DNA of 63,413 nt, filler included, from Octopus bimaculoides (Eukaryota), in the NCBI RefSeq assembly GCF_001194135.2. It is 6 parts of 5 records of this genome, joined end to end, with 100 filler letters (N's around TTAATTAATTAA, not from the genome) between each part and the next. Parts side by side here need not be neighbours in the genome. Positions count along the whole stretch, not along the records: positions 1 to 14,899 come from NC_068983.1; positions 15,000 to 30,525 come from NC_068996.1; 4 more parts are not named here. One strand, given 5' to 3'. This document shows positions 14,421 through 26,586 of this stretch, piece after piece. The position numbers and the translations under genes were made by a program. The notes under the pieces were generated by a model. It made no database searches. It saw nothing but the letters and a program-made list of their open reading frames with translations, and was not told where the DNA came from. The first letter of the stretch is position 1. Every line of letters starts with the position of its first letter.

Positions 14421-14690
14421 TTGGTATACCAATCTGACTATCATGAGTCTTTTATCAACCTTTGCTAGCATACTCTCAACGGAAATATAAACATTCTTAG
14501 CTGGTTGGCGCTGGCGAAACAAAGACGATACCTCAAAACAATTCTACGCACAAGACAAGACAACTTTCCAAAAGCTAACTGCTTTCCAGAATCTCGTATA
14601 TAAAATATATACAGCCTGGCTGAACCTATTCTCTTGGAAAACTGTGCTAGTAATAATATCATCACAACTGACAGCTGAAATGTTGCGCAT

Positions 14691-14788
14691 GCACAACAGA
14701 GTTCAAGGTCAATCTGTGCCAAGCGGCTTCATTCTGCGTGCTTTAGTTTCTTTAGTGTGGGAACAAGTCCAGATACTTATTGATCAGA
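14691..14788 (+). mobile_element. Penelope-like RT motif-A fragment (homologous to 35814-35910 - and 60240-60331 +)
   Basis: Three copies share TGCCAAGCGGCTTCA.T.TG.G..CTTTAG...ATACTT.TTGATCAGA. The 35.8-kb copy lies in the same orientation just upstream of a PLE YxDD and reads FYGNIP (LYxNIP-like). Confidence 0.45.
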
Positions 14789-14792
14789 CCAC

Positions 14793-14826
<34 letters not shown>

Positions 14827-14899
14827 CAGGGAATTGCCAATTAGTAATAAAATTAATAATTAACAATTTTGCCAAGTAGTTCAGTATGAAAAAAACCTA

Positions 14900-14999
14900 N
14901 NNNNNNNNNNNNNNNNNNNNNNNNNNNNNNNNNNNNNNNNNNNTTAATTAATTAANNNNNNNNNNNNNNNNNNNNNNNNNNNNNNNNNNNNNNNNNNNN
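14900..14999. other. Artificial 100-bp contig-joining pad N44-TTAATTAATTAA-N44
   Basis: Identical pad at 14900, 30526, 50893, 58544 and 61683; TTAATTAATTAA gives stops in all six frames. Confidence 0.97.
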
Positions 15000-15345
15000 T
15001 TCGTTCGTTCATTCATACATGGGCTTGTTCGTTCGTTCATTCATACATGGGCTTGTTCGTTCGTTCATTCATACATGGGCTTGTTCGTTAGCCCATTCAT
15101 ACATGGGCTTGTTCGTTCGTTCATTCATACATGGGCTTGTTCGTTCGTTCATTCATACATGGGCTTGTTCGTTCGTTCATTCATACATGGGCTTGTTCGT
15201 TCGTTCATTCATACATGGGCTTGTTCGTTCGTTCATTCATACATGGGCTTGTTCGTTCGTTCATTCATACATGGGCTTGTTCGTTCGTTCATTCATACAT
15301 GGGCTTGTTCGTTCGTTCATTCATACATGGGCTTGTTCATTCATA
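15000..15345. repeat. 28-bp tandem minisatellite (TTCGTTCGTTCATTCATACATGGGCTTG) x ~12
   Basis: Near-identical head-to-tail units with no unique spacers. Confidence 0.97.
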
Positions 15346-15465
15346 CAGACAGCCAGGCAACTGAAGTCATTTCAATCTAACCTCTTTTTATACTTTACTG
15401 TAATTTCTTTTTTGTAAGAAATCACCAGAACAAATAAACCAACTTCAATCAAGTCATCCGATTTC

Positions 15466-15840
15466 ATGTCAGGTCTCAGCGGCCATGCTGGAGCACCACC
15501 CTAAAGTCACAAAAATTGACTCCAGAACAATTTTCTTGCAAGCCTATTTTTCTATCGATATGTTTTGCTGAACTGCTAAGTTATGGAGACGTAAACACAC
15601 CAACATTGGTTGTCAAGTGGTGTTGGTGGGGGTGACAAATACACGCATAAACATATATACATGTATATATAATATATTTATAATGGGCTTCATTCAGTTT
15701 CTATCTATCAAATCCACTCCCAAAGCTTTTGTTGGCTTGAGGCTATAGCACAAGACACTTACCCAAGATGCCATGCAGCAGGACTGAACCGGGAATCATT
15801 TGGTTGAGAAGCCAGCTTCTTACCACACAGCCATGCCTGA
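15466..15840 (-). mobile_element. Octopus SINE family A, near full length
   Basis: GGCCATGCTGGAGCACC...GGTTGTCAAG...CAAGACACTTACCCAAG...TACCACACAGCCATGCC. Confidence 0.85.
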
Positions 15841-16474
15841 GATATATATGTATTTTGGACATGTACCATCAGTAATTACTCAGGGTAGGCAGTTGGTGAT
15901 TATGTATAGGCTCGTGACTGAGTTGGAGACAGATTTACTTCTGCCTTTATAGCGCATAAAGAAAGTGTTGTTGTAGGAGTGTGCACTACAGCAATCCTAT
16001 GCGTAGCTTAAATACTGAGATTGAAAAGCAAGGATGAATTATGCCTACCTAGTCTACAAAAAAATAAAATACTTTGCATTTTATGCATAGTAATCAGAGT
16101 AACCTTCATAATTTTATTGAATTAGGCACATATTTTGCCATAAAAGGAAAATGTTACTATCGATCTTTCATTCAGGTTAGGCACTGCCTACCTTGCCTAT
16201 CTAGGCGGCACACCCCTTATATATACNNNNNNNNNNNNNNNNNNNNNNNNNNNNNNNNNNNNNNNNNNNNNNNNNNNNNNNNNNNNNNNNNNNNNNNNNN
16301 NNNNNNNNNNNNNNNNNNNNNNNNNNNNNNNNNNNNNNNNNNNNNNNNNNNNNNNNNNNNNNNNNNNNNNNNNNNNNNNNNNNNNNNNNNNNNNNNNNNN
16401 NNNNNNNNNNNNNNNNNNNNNNNNNNNNNNNNNNNNNNNNNNNNNNNNNNNNNNNNNNNNNNNNNNNNNNNNNN

Positions 16475-16506
<32 letters not shown>

Positions 16507-17159
16507 CCGCCAATAACATTACACTGCCATGTTGAAGAAAAAGCAAAGAAAACAAATTACTCCCATTCCTTTCCCACTGCAAATAAACATTGTCATTTAA
16601 TCAAAACCATTTGAAATATTGACAACACTGATGATGACCACCACCACCTCTGCTGTAGCAAAACAACAGTGATTAAAATCTATTAGCGGGTAAAGATTTT
16701 GGAGAAATATTTCTTTGGTGAGAATTAACTTTTCATTCCCAGTCGCCAAGAATGTGCTACGACCATCTCTGACTTATTTAAAACATTGTAATACAAGACT
16801 TTTTTGTTTGTTGGTTTTTCTTTAGCTTTGGCGTTGATTTTGGTTTATATTTTCTTAAGTATAGTGTGTGTGTGTAGTGTGCTGGGAACAAGAAGCTCTG
16901 TGAATATAGTTAGATGAGGGAGGGAAAGTAGTTTACAAACATCTATTTCTCTGTTTTGCTCGTGAAATGAGTAGGGGTGCTGGGAGATATTGTATACTGT
17001 GTACATGTCCCATTACTGGTTGTCGTCATTGTAGTAGTTGTCTAAGTTGGATTAGGGTCGAAGAAACAAGTTCTGTGTGTATTTATGTACTCCTATGAGG
17101 TTTTGCAGCATGGTTGTGTATATAATTTGTTGTTAACACCAGTTAGAAACGCTACCGTA

Positions 17160-17382
17160 CTGGACATTAGAAGTATTAGCATGCTGGACATTGGGGCCGT
17201 TAGCATGCTGGGCATTGGGGCCGTTAGCGTGCTGGGCATTGGGGCCGTTAGCGCGCTGGACATTGGGGCCGCCAGCGTGCTGGACATTGGGGCCGCCAGC
17301 GCGCTGGACATTGGGGCCATTAGCACACTGGACATTGGGGCCATTAGCACACTGGACATTGGGGCCGTTAACACGCTAGACA
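17160..17382. repeat. 24-bp GC-rich minisatellite (CTGGACATTGGGGCCGTTAGCryG) x ~9
   Basis: Units start at 17160 with a 24-bp period. Produces the repeat ORFs LDIGAVS / MSSALTAP. Confidence 0.95.
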
Positions 17383-17560
17383 AAATACTGAGATATTTCT
17401 CCTGGCTTTATGTTCTTAGTTCAAATTCTGTCAACTTTTCATTTCAATCTTTCAAGGTCGATAAAATAAATACCAGTTGAGTACTGGGCTTCATGTAATT
17501 GGCATCCCTTTCTCAATTTTAAGCCTTGTGCCTACAGTAGGAAAAAAAACAAAAAGCTTT
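17366..17560 (+). mobile_element. Octopus SINE family B
   Basis: GTTAACACGCTAGACAAAAT...AGTTCAAATTCT...GGTCGATAAAATAAATACCAGTTGAGTACTGGG; homologous to 23140-23357 and 38160-38392. Confidence 0.75.
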
Positions 17561-17954
17561 GTGACACAGTAGTGTCATTGGTTCAGAGATCAATCTCTCT
17601 GCTCGCTGGTTAATTTCCAAGTTACTGCAAATGACAATTGACAATAAATATGCATATATATATATATATATATATATTAGTTTATGTATATATTAATATT
17701 ATCTCAGTTATTAAAACTTTAGATAATTTAAATATGTTAATAGTTACCAGAGGTAGCAAAATTACACTAAAAAACAAGATATCCCAGCCGTTTTACAGGT
17801 TGATATACCGAGTTAAAGTGATACATTTTGAGAAGATATGGAAAATGATAAATGGAGCAAAACGCATGTCAATGAAAGTTCCTTTAATTCCTACATATAT
17901 GTTTCGAAATAAATGATAGTCCTTTCACAAAGAAGAAAGCTGTTAGGGTTCCTC

Positions 17955-17997
<43 letters not shown>

Positions 17998-18362
17998 TAT
18001 GTGTGTGTGTGTGTGTGGTAGTGGGGGTATTTGTTGCTATCTCTCTCTCTCTACCCACACACATACTATATGAATGTTTGCAATGTATATGTGTTTGTAA
18101 TAACGTAACCAGGCATAATGCAACCCACTTGTTCAAACCTATTAACAAGATTCATTGAGGTCTTAGAGGGTCAGTTGGGTGGAGTTTTAAATTGACTCCC
18201 ATATCATTTGGGTGGTATGTACGTACACACACACACACACACACATATATATAGACACGTATATATACACACATATATTCATATATGTTTATATAAACAT
18301 ATACACATGTACATACATACATACATATACGTATGTACATACATTTATATACATACGTATAC

Positions 18363-18600
18363 ACACATACATACGTATAGACATAAATACATACGTATAG
18401 ACATAAATACATACATATACACACATAAATACATACATATACACACATAAATACATACATATACACACATAAATACATACATATACACACATAAATACAT
18501 ACATATACACATAAATACATACATATACACATAAATACATACATATACACACAAATATATACATATACACACATAAATACATACATATACACACACACAT
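18363..18600. repeat. Higher-order 20-22-bp compound microsatellite (ACACACATAAATACATACATAT)n
   Basis: Periodic units read directly. Confidence 0.9.
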
Positions 18601-19174
18601 ACATACACATACATGCATACACATACATATTCACACATACATACATATATACACACACACATATATATATATTTATATAAACATATACACATGTGCATAC
18701 ACATATATATATGTACATACATACATTTATATACATGCATACACACATACATACATGTACATATGTATGTACATACATACTTACATATGTACATGCATAT
18801 ATACACATGCATATATACACACATATATATAGGAAGGAGGTAGATATTATCTGTAAGTACATGTGCTTATGTATGTTTGTGCATGTGACTTTTTCACACA
18901 CACACATATGCCACACACATGCATCCTTCTTTATATATTTGTGATGTGTGTTTATATTTGTTTCTAGGGGAAAACTATTTAATGTGATGTAGTGTGTGCG
19001 TGTATATTTATATATTATTTTGAAGCTAAAAACAGATTTGTTACACAAGGCACCATAGTGTCCAAGTGACTACTGAAGTGCCATCTGCTTGACCAGAAAA
19101 GAAAAAAAAAATAGTGAAGTGGTTTTAGTGTAAAAAAAAATTTATAACCTGAGACAACATATTTGTATTTTTTT

Positions 19175-19378
19175 TTGTTATTCTTTTACTGGTTTCAATC
19201 ATTTTATTGCGGCCATGCTGCAGCACCACCTTTTAGTCAAGCAAATCGACCCCTGGTTTTTGTAAGCCTAGTACATATTCTATTGGTCTCTTTTGCCAAA
19301 CTGCTAAGGTATGGGGACATAAACACTAACATCGGTTGTCAAGCAATGGTGGGGGGGGGGACAAACACACTCACACAC

Positions 19379-19432
<54 letters not shown>

Positions 19433-19601
19433 TTGGTAGATATCATTATATGAATATATAGATATATATATGATGGGCTTCTTTCAGTTTCCATCTACAA
19501 AATCCACTCAGAAGGCTTTGGTTGGCCTGAGGTTGTAGTAGATACTTGCTGAAGGTGCCATGCAATGAGACTGAACCCAGAACCATGTATGTGTGTGTAT
19601 G

Positions 19602-19643
<42 letters not shown>

Positions 19644-20192
19644 GCCTGTGTATATATACAGAATATATATATTGTTGTAATGGTTCTTGTCATGCAGTCT
19701 GAGTTCAAATTGATATTCCCTGTATACTGTACACACACACACACTCTCTCTCTCCACATGCACGAATATTATTTTTTTTACATGTTTCAGTCATCTGACT
19801 GCAGTCATGCTGGAGCACCATGATCCAGGACTTGTTCTGTGTAAACCTAAATTTATTCTATCAGTCTTTTGCCAAACCGCTAAGTTATGGGGGATATAAA
19901 CACAAACATCAGTTGTCAAGCGATGGTGGGTAGGTGTGGGGGGGACAAACACAGAGACACATATGACAGGCTTCATTCAGTTTCTTCCAAATCCACTGAA
20001 GGCTCAACCTGAGGCTATAGTAGAAGACGCTTGCCCAAGGTACAATGCAGTGGGCCTGAACCTGGACTTATTCTTTTGTAAGCCTAGTACTTATTATATC
20101 GGTCTCTTTTGCCGCACCGCTAAGTTACGGGGACGTAAACACACCAGCATCAGTTGTCAAGCAATGGTGGGGGGACAGGCACATACACACAC

Positions 20193-20249
<57 letters not shown>

Positions 20250-20413
20250 TATATACGACGGGCTTCTTTCAGTTTCTGTCTACCAAATCCACTCAGAAGG
20301 CTTTGGTCAGCCCGAGGCTATAGTAGAAGACACTTGCCCAAGGTGCCACGCAGTGGGACTAAACCCGGGACCATGTGGTTGGTAAGCAAGCTACTTACCT
20401 CACAGCCACTCCT
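19175..20413 (-). mobile_element. Three consecutive SINE family A copies (~19175-19590, 19780-20065, 20066-20413)
   Basis: Each shows the family-A 3' tail and/or tRNA-like head; the 20066-20413 copy is the least diverged. Confidence 0.87.
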
Positions 20414-21046
20414 AAATATACGTATATAAGTGTATTCATTGTATAAAGTATAGCATCTACAGGTTAAAGGAACTAATTAGCCAAGCAAGAAAAAAAGATA
20501 AAAGATATATATATATACATAATACGCATGCACACAAACACACAATGTGTGCATGCATGCACACACACACACTGCGACACAATGACCACTCGCCTATTAA
20601 AATGCAATAAGCCTTGTTGAAGAACCAATTTAGTAAATCTGTAAGAGAAGCTGCTGCCGATTCTGTAACTTCAGTCTATTATTGTTTGTTGTCTCTGATT
20701 TGAATTAGTTCCTCAAAGAATTGTGGCACCAGGCTTTACAGAAGTCTGTGTGTGTAGTTAATTTAAAGGAAAAGAGAACTTCTCACTCTTTGTCTGCGAT
20801 ATGTCATCCACTTGACACTCTCAGAAAGTGTTTTAGTTCAGAAATAAGAAGGTAAAGTACTTGAATTCCCTTTGTGTGTGTGTGTGTGGGGGGGGTGTAT
20901 GTATGTAGGGGTGTGTTTGTAGGTGTGTGTATACAGTTGTTCTTGTTATTAACCTTCACCCTCACAGGCACCAAGCTTTGCAGAAATGAGTCCGATTAAA
21001 TAAGAAAGAATAGTCATATTCCATCATGACCATCAATCCTTCCACA

Positions 21047-21410
21047 GGCATGGATGTATATTTAAAAAGCTTGCTTCCCAGCTATGTGGTCTTGGGTTCA
21101 GTTCCACTGCGAAGCTCCTTTGGCAAGTGTCTTCCACTTTAGCTTTAGGCTGACCACTACATGTGAGTGGATTTTGTTGATGGAAACAGAAATAAGTCCA
21201 TCATGTGTGATTGTATTTGTTTCCCCTACCATCACTTGAAAACTGGTGTTGGTTTGTTTATATCCCAGTAACTTAAGTTTGGCAAAAGAAACTGATAAAG
21301 TATTCAGCTTTAGGCTGAAAGATGTTCTTGGGTTGATTTGTTTAACTAAACCCTTCAAGAGAGTGCCCCAGGATGGCCACGGTTCAATAACTGAGACGGA
21401 TAAAAGATAG
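21047..21410 (+). mobile_element. SINE family A, diverged
   Basis: AGGCATGG...GGGTTCAGTTCCACTGCG...TTTGGCAAGTGTCTTC...CCAGGATGGCCACGGTTCAATAACTGAGAC. Confidence 0.8.
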
Positions 21411-21569
21411 TATATCAAGGACTACTTGATGCAATGTATCTTTTTTTAATGACAGGTGACTTGAATGAGATTTGACTATGATTTCTAGCAGTGCAAGTGC
21501 TCTATTTCTCAATTTCTACAACTGTATTGACACCCCACCACCACCCACTGATTATGTGTGTGTGTAAAC

Positions 21570-21920
21570 GGATGTGGCTTGGCGGTTAGAGGTATTCAGC
21601 TCACGGTCGTAAAGTCATGAGTTCAATTTCCATCGGTGCATTATGTCCTTGAGCAAGACACTTTATTCCACATTGCTCCAGTCCACTCAGCTGGCAAAAA
21701 TGAGTTCTATCTGTATTTCAAAGGGCCAGCTTTGTCACATTCTGTGTCTCACTGAGTCTCCCTGAGAACTACATTAAGAGTACATTGCTTTTCATCCTTT
21801 CGGGGTTGATAAATTAAGTACCAGTTACGCACTGGGGTCGATGTAATCAACTAAATCCCCTTGTCTGTCCTTGTTTTTCCCCTCTATGTTTAGCCCCTTG
21901 TGGGCAATAAAGAAATAAGA
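21570..21920 (+). mobile_element. SINE family C head and body joined to a SINE family B 3' half
   Basis: 21570-21785 shares AAGGGCCAGC.TTGTCAC...CCCTGAGAACTAC with 55290-55340. 21786-21920 is the family-B tail CATCCTTTCGGGGTTGATAAATTAAGTACCAG...GGGCAATAAAGAAATAAG. Confidence 0.72.
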
Positions 21921-22614
21921 ATTTGAACTCAGAATGTGAAGACTAAGTTAAGCATTTTGCCCAACATGTTAATGACCACAAATATTGAGTGTTATACAGA
22001 CTGACATCTACAAGTGAGCTTAGCAGACTCTATTCCTTTCTCAGCAATATACATTGAGGTAGTGAGGGAGCCTCTACATCACTCCTAGATTCACTAGAAA
22101 TAACTGCTTAATCTCATGTCACACCCTATTATTTTAAGTAAGACCTTATTGGGAAATTTAGCTGCTGTTTGAAAATGTCTTTGGTCATAGGTCTTCTGAG
22201 TGGGTGTGAGACATTTTGGTTCAGCTGTTTTGGTACCACTTATTTGGTGGTGTTGATTCAATGCTGACATATTTGGTATCAATGTTTCTCACATTCCATT
22301 TCTCGCTCTTCTGTTTATGCATCTAGTTAGGTTTGTATGTTTGTGTAATCTCTCTTTCTCTCTGTCTTTATCCCATTTTCTCTCACTGTGTATGCGTGTA
22401 TTACTCTGTTTATGTGTATGTCTGTCTGCACGTGTATATTTACCACTAGTGCCAAAACAGGTTGAAAGTCCAATCAGCTGTGTTTAATTCATCAGTGTCC
22501 AAACACCTGTGCCCAGTTGTTTCATCCGACATCTGGGTTGGCCAGGATCTAAACCACAACAAGATATTCTATCGCACATTATTATTTTTTCAGTAAGTTA
22601 GACCTGTGAACTAC

Positions 22615-23357
22615 TAGAATCATTAGCGAGCCAAACCAAATTCTTAGCAATATTTCTCCAGGAGCTTTGCTCTGGGTTCAAATTCTACCAAGATCTCTGC
22701 TTTCATCTTTTCAAGGGTGATAAAATAAGTATTAATTGAATAATAGGATTGATGTAATTGGGTTACACATCATCATCATCATTTAGCATCTGTTGTCCAT
22801 GCTGGCATGGGTTGGATGGTTTGACCAGGGTTAGCAAGCTGGAAGGCTGCACCAGACTCCAGTCTGATTTGGTATGGTTTTCTACAGCTGGATGCCTTTC
22901 CTAACACCAACCAGTTCGAGTGTGTGATGGTGCTTTTACATTCCACTGGCACAGGTGCCATTTGTATGACTCCGGTATCAGCCATGACTGCAATTTTACT
23001 TGACTTCTCAAGCACGACGTAATGCCGAAAGTTTCGGTCATTACATCTGTGAGGCCCAATACTTGAAAGGTGCTTTTTACATGCCACCAGCACCCTTCTT
23101 TAAAATTGCTGGTTTTGTAACCAAAATTTGGAAAAGATGGTGAGCTGGCAGAATTGTTACAATACCAGAATCGTTACGATACTTAGTGGCAGGTCTTCTG
23201 GCTTTATGGTTTGAGTTCAAATTCTGTTGGGATCAACTTCACCTTTCATCCTTTCGAGGTCAATAAGTACCTGTCAATTACTCTGCTGGGGTCAATGTAA
23301 TTGACTAGCCCCTCCCCACAAAATGTTGGACCTTGTGCCTATTATAGAAAGGATTAT
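22615..23357. mobile_element. SINE B (+, ~22615-22765), RTE-type 3'-end repeat (-, ~22768-23095), SINE B (+, ~23140-23357)
   Basis: SINE B motifs as above. The middle element has a (CAT)n tail, CCATGCTGGCATGGGTTGGATGG and GCTGGATGCCTTTCCTAAC, and is homologous to 29090-29385. Confidence 0.75.
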
Positions 23358-23512
23358 TTCTTAAATTAAGCTGCTTACTACCAACTATTCATTTACGTGT
23401 CTTCTGTGTTGTATACTCTTTGAATGATATCCTGTCAAGATACATCATAATCAAGCAGTCTCTGGAGTGCTTGTGTTCCTAGGGTAACGACAAAGTGGAC
23501 AATATGTATACT

Positions 23513-24232
23513 TTATCCTATCATTTAGTATTGAGATTATCCTGTCAAATGTAATCCTTATTTATTCACATTGTTTTGAATTAATCATACAATTTCTCAT
23601 AGCTTCAAGACTTTGTGATTGTTTAGCTGTAAAAAAGACATTGCCTGGTAGGCCAGATCTGGCCAGTTAGAACATAAAGCAGACCATTTAGGATATGGCC
23701 AGTTTAGATGATATAGGGTCAACCCTTTAATATTCAGATAATGCTTGTCAAATGTGATTCCTATTTATTAACAATGTTTTCAATTAATCGTGCATTATCT
23801 TGTAGCTTCAAAATTTCAATGATATGATTGTATATTTTTAGAATGTCATTGTAAGGAGGGTGCTTAGAGGCAGGAATTGGCTTGTTTGAACATAAAACAT
23901 GTAGAATATTTGGGCCAGGCATATGGTCAGTTTAAGTGTTAAGGGGTTAAAGTGTACATTAGATGTACAGTCTTGAAATAAACCATCAGATTATTATTTC
24001 CTTATTAAACCTTTAGTTCTCAGATTAATCTGTCAAATGTAATGCTTATTTATTCACCTTGTTTTGAATTAATCATGTATTATTTAGTAACTTTAACATT
24101 TTGATGTGATTGTTTATATTTAGAATGACATTGTAGAGTAGGTGCGAGAGGCTGAATCTGGCCAGTTTGAAATTAAAATGGGTAGAATATTTGAGCCAAA
24201 TATTACTGGTTTAAATAATGTTGAAGGGTTAA
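23513..24232 (+). mobile_element. Three ~215-230-bp copies of a piggyBac-like MITE (23513-23722, 23719-23950, 24005-24232)
   Basis: Mutually homologous (CTGTCAAATGTAAT..TTATTTATT..CA..GTTTT.AATTAATC). Ends CCCTTTA...AGGGTTAA flanked by TTAA/TCAA. Confidence 0.78.
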
Positions 24233-25599
24233 ATCAAATTTCAGAATAGAATTAGTAATTGACCTAAAAAAAAAAAACAACAATACTAGCAAAGTACTAG
24301 GGGGTGGGTTAGATGTAATATTTTTATAAAAGCATTCTGGCCATGCTGGAACTCTGCTCTTGAAAAGTTTAGTCTAGCAAATCAACTCTAGTACATATTA
24401 GTATTTTATTCCAGGTATTTACAATTTTGCTTTGATATTGCATGTGATGGATAAATTGAGGATTTTAAACATTTATAGCAAATGTTATAAATCTGTACAT
24501 AAATATCTTTGGCCTGATGAGTAGCTAATGTATAACTCCTTGTTTGGGTAATTGCTACTTCTGAAGTTTTGAAACCTATGTAGCCTGGATTTTATCTACT
24601 CCATTTCCCAAAATTTGAGTTTTTATTCACATACACAGCAACCCCTGTTGCTAACAACAAACTATAGAATAGTTTTTTTCAGTTTATTGAGGTTCCATTA
24701 GAGAAAAATTTACATCCTTCTATGTCAATAAACCTCTATTGTTCCTGAAAGTTGCTTTTTGTACCTTCTATGGCCTGCTCGAAGCTAGTTAACTTCCTGT
24801 GCCCTGATCCTTAGATCTTGTCCCTTCATCTTACTAAAGATATTTTTAGATAATATATCAAAAGTGTTCTTGTGCATTATTTATTACTTTTGTAGTACCT
24901 AAAAACACTATTTCCTTATCTCTGGTGAGCATCCAAGCAAGCTCTTCCAGTCTCTGAGTCAGTCACTGGAAGTCAAATTAATACCCTCCCCCACACCTCC
25001 TGTCAGTTTAACATTGCACACCTGAAGTTGCTTCCCAGCCCCACTTAGCATTATATTTCTCAGTCATGGGGTGGTGGGTGGTAGAGAGATTGATTAAAGC
25101 AGCCCAGGTAGTTGCTGCAGAAGAGGGTTAGTGAATGAAAGTGTCAGGCTCCAGTGGTTATCGAAATCCAAACAAAATGAGTGGTGGACGGGGGGCGGAG
25201 GGGTGGCGGTGTATTGTCTGAACAATAGAAGTGTCAAGGCAGGCTCTGCTATTCAAAACTCATCAATAACATGATTTCTGTTGTGACACATTCAACTTGC
25301 TTTATTCTTTTCACCTCTTAACTCCAATCTACGAGTCATCGAGATAAAATTAAACAACTTATCTTGTAGGTTGTTTCTGAAATCCTCACTTCACTTCGCT
25401 AAAATCCATGCATCACTCAAAAATTATTTAATTGAACAGTGTTGTTGTTGTTGTTGTTTGGTGGTGGTGGTGGTGGTGGTGGCACCACGGAGTTGGACAA
25501 TGAGAAAGTGTTTGACTCCAAGACTCCACAAAATTCATTAATGATTACATTTTGTTGTGAAATTTTTTTATTTTTTTTTTGTTTTTTTGCTAAATCAGG

Positions 25600-25935
25600 G
25601 GGAAGGATAGTGCCCAAGGCTTATTAGGCACAGGTATGAATTGATCCCAGTACTTTTTTTTCTTTATGCTAAACCTGGTACTTATTTTCTTTCTGTGTTC
25701 ACGTCCCCATAAAAAGAGACCAACGCCAGTTAAGCAGTAGTGGGGGACAAACGCAGACATACACACGCACACAAGATGGGCTTCTTTCAGTTTCCGTCTA
25801 CCAAATCCACTCAAAAGGCTTTCGTCAGCCTGAGGCTATAGTAAAAGACACTTATCTAAGGTGCCATGCAATGGGACTGAACCCAGAACCATGTGGTTAG
25901 AAAGCAAGCTTATCACACAGCTACGCTTGTGCCTT
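25600..25935 (-). mobile_element. SINE family A
   Basis: GGGCTTCTTTCAGTTTCCGTCTACCAAATCCACTC...GGGACTGAACCCAGAACCATGTGG. Confidence 0.85.
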
Positions 25936-26319
25936 TAGCATAGAGTATTAATTTCATTATCCAGAAGTATGTTTTATATTTTTATTTATTTTTTTTTTTT
26001 TGTAATCTGGATAAGTGGAGAGTTTATCAGCGATTTAAGTAAATCCTGCTAGTTTTAGCAGGAAGGGAAACCCTGGAAGAGACATCTTGCAGAAATGATG
26101 CTGCTATTTTGACAGAAATAGGCCACAAACGTATCATGGACAAATTAGTGAAAATAAATTAAGAGAATCCCAGTTGAAGTTGGGTGTTTATGATAGGAAG
26201 ATGATGAATGTGACTTGACAGAGTTTTCATTCACACAGTTGTTAATTGGAGATATGTGTGTTTGTGGATATCAGGAGCTGGGGTTGAGTGGAGCTAAACT
26301 TGTATATCGTCGTTTACCT

Positions 26320-26586
26320 CAGGGGTATTCAAACTGTGGTCTGCGGACCACAGGGGGTCCGTGGACAGCAAATACTTTTTATGGGCAATTTCATTTTATG
26401 TTTTTTAATCGAAATCTTTTAATTGACAATAAACCTATTTGTTAAATACTGTTAAATAAATAAATGTAAAAATGTTATTTTAAGCAAATATTTATGTATA
26501 AATTTCATAAGCGTTTATAAGGGGGTCCCTAAGGTAAAGCCTGAAATATAAAGGGGTCCGCAAATCAAAAAGTTTGAAAACCCCTG
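26320..26586. mobile_element. hAT-type MITE (267 bp) with 15-bp TIRs and a perfect 8-bp TSD
   Basis: TIRs CAGGGGTATTCAAAC / GTTTGAAAACCCCTG (14/15). TSD GTTTACCT at 26312-26319 and 26587-26594. Confidence 0.93.

Noticed and set aside
15000-17382. CRISPR-like regularity of the 28-bp and 24-bp arrays
   Set aside because: The units are head to tail with no unique spacers, there are no cas genes, and the context is eukaryotic.
24514-24564. CTGATGA...CTGA resembling a C/D snoRNA or hammerhead, with GGGTAATT resembling an 18S guide
   Set aside because: Only 51 nt, no terminal stem, complementarity of about 8 nt, and no GAAA directly after the internal stem.
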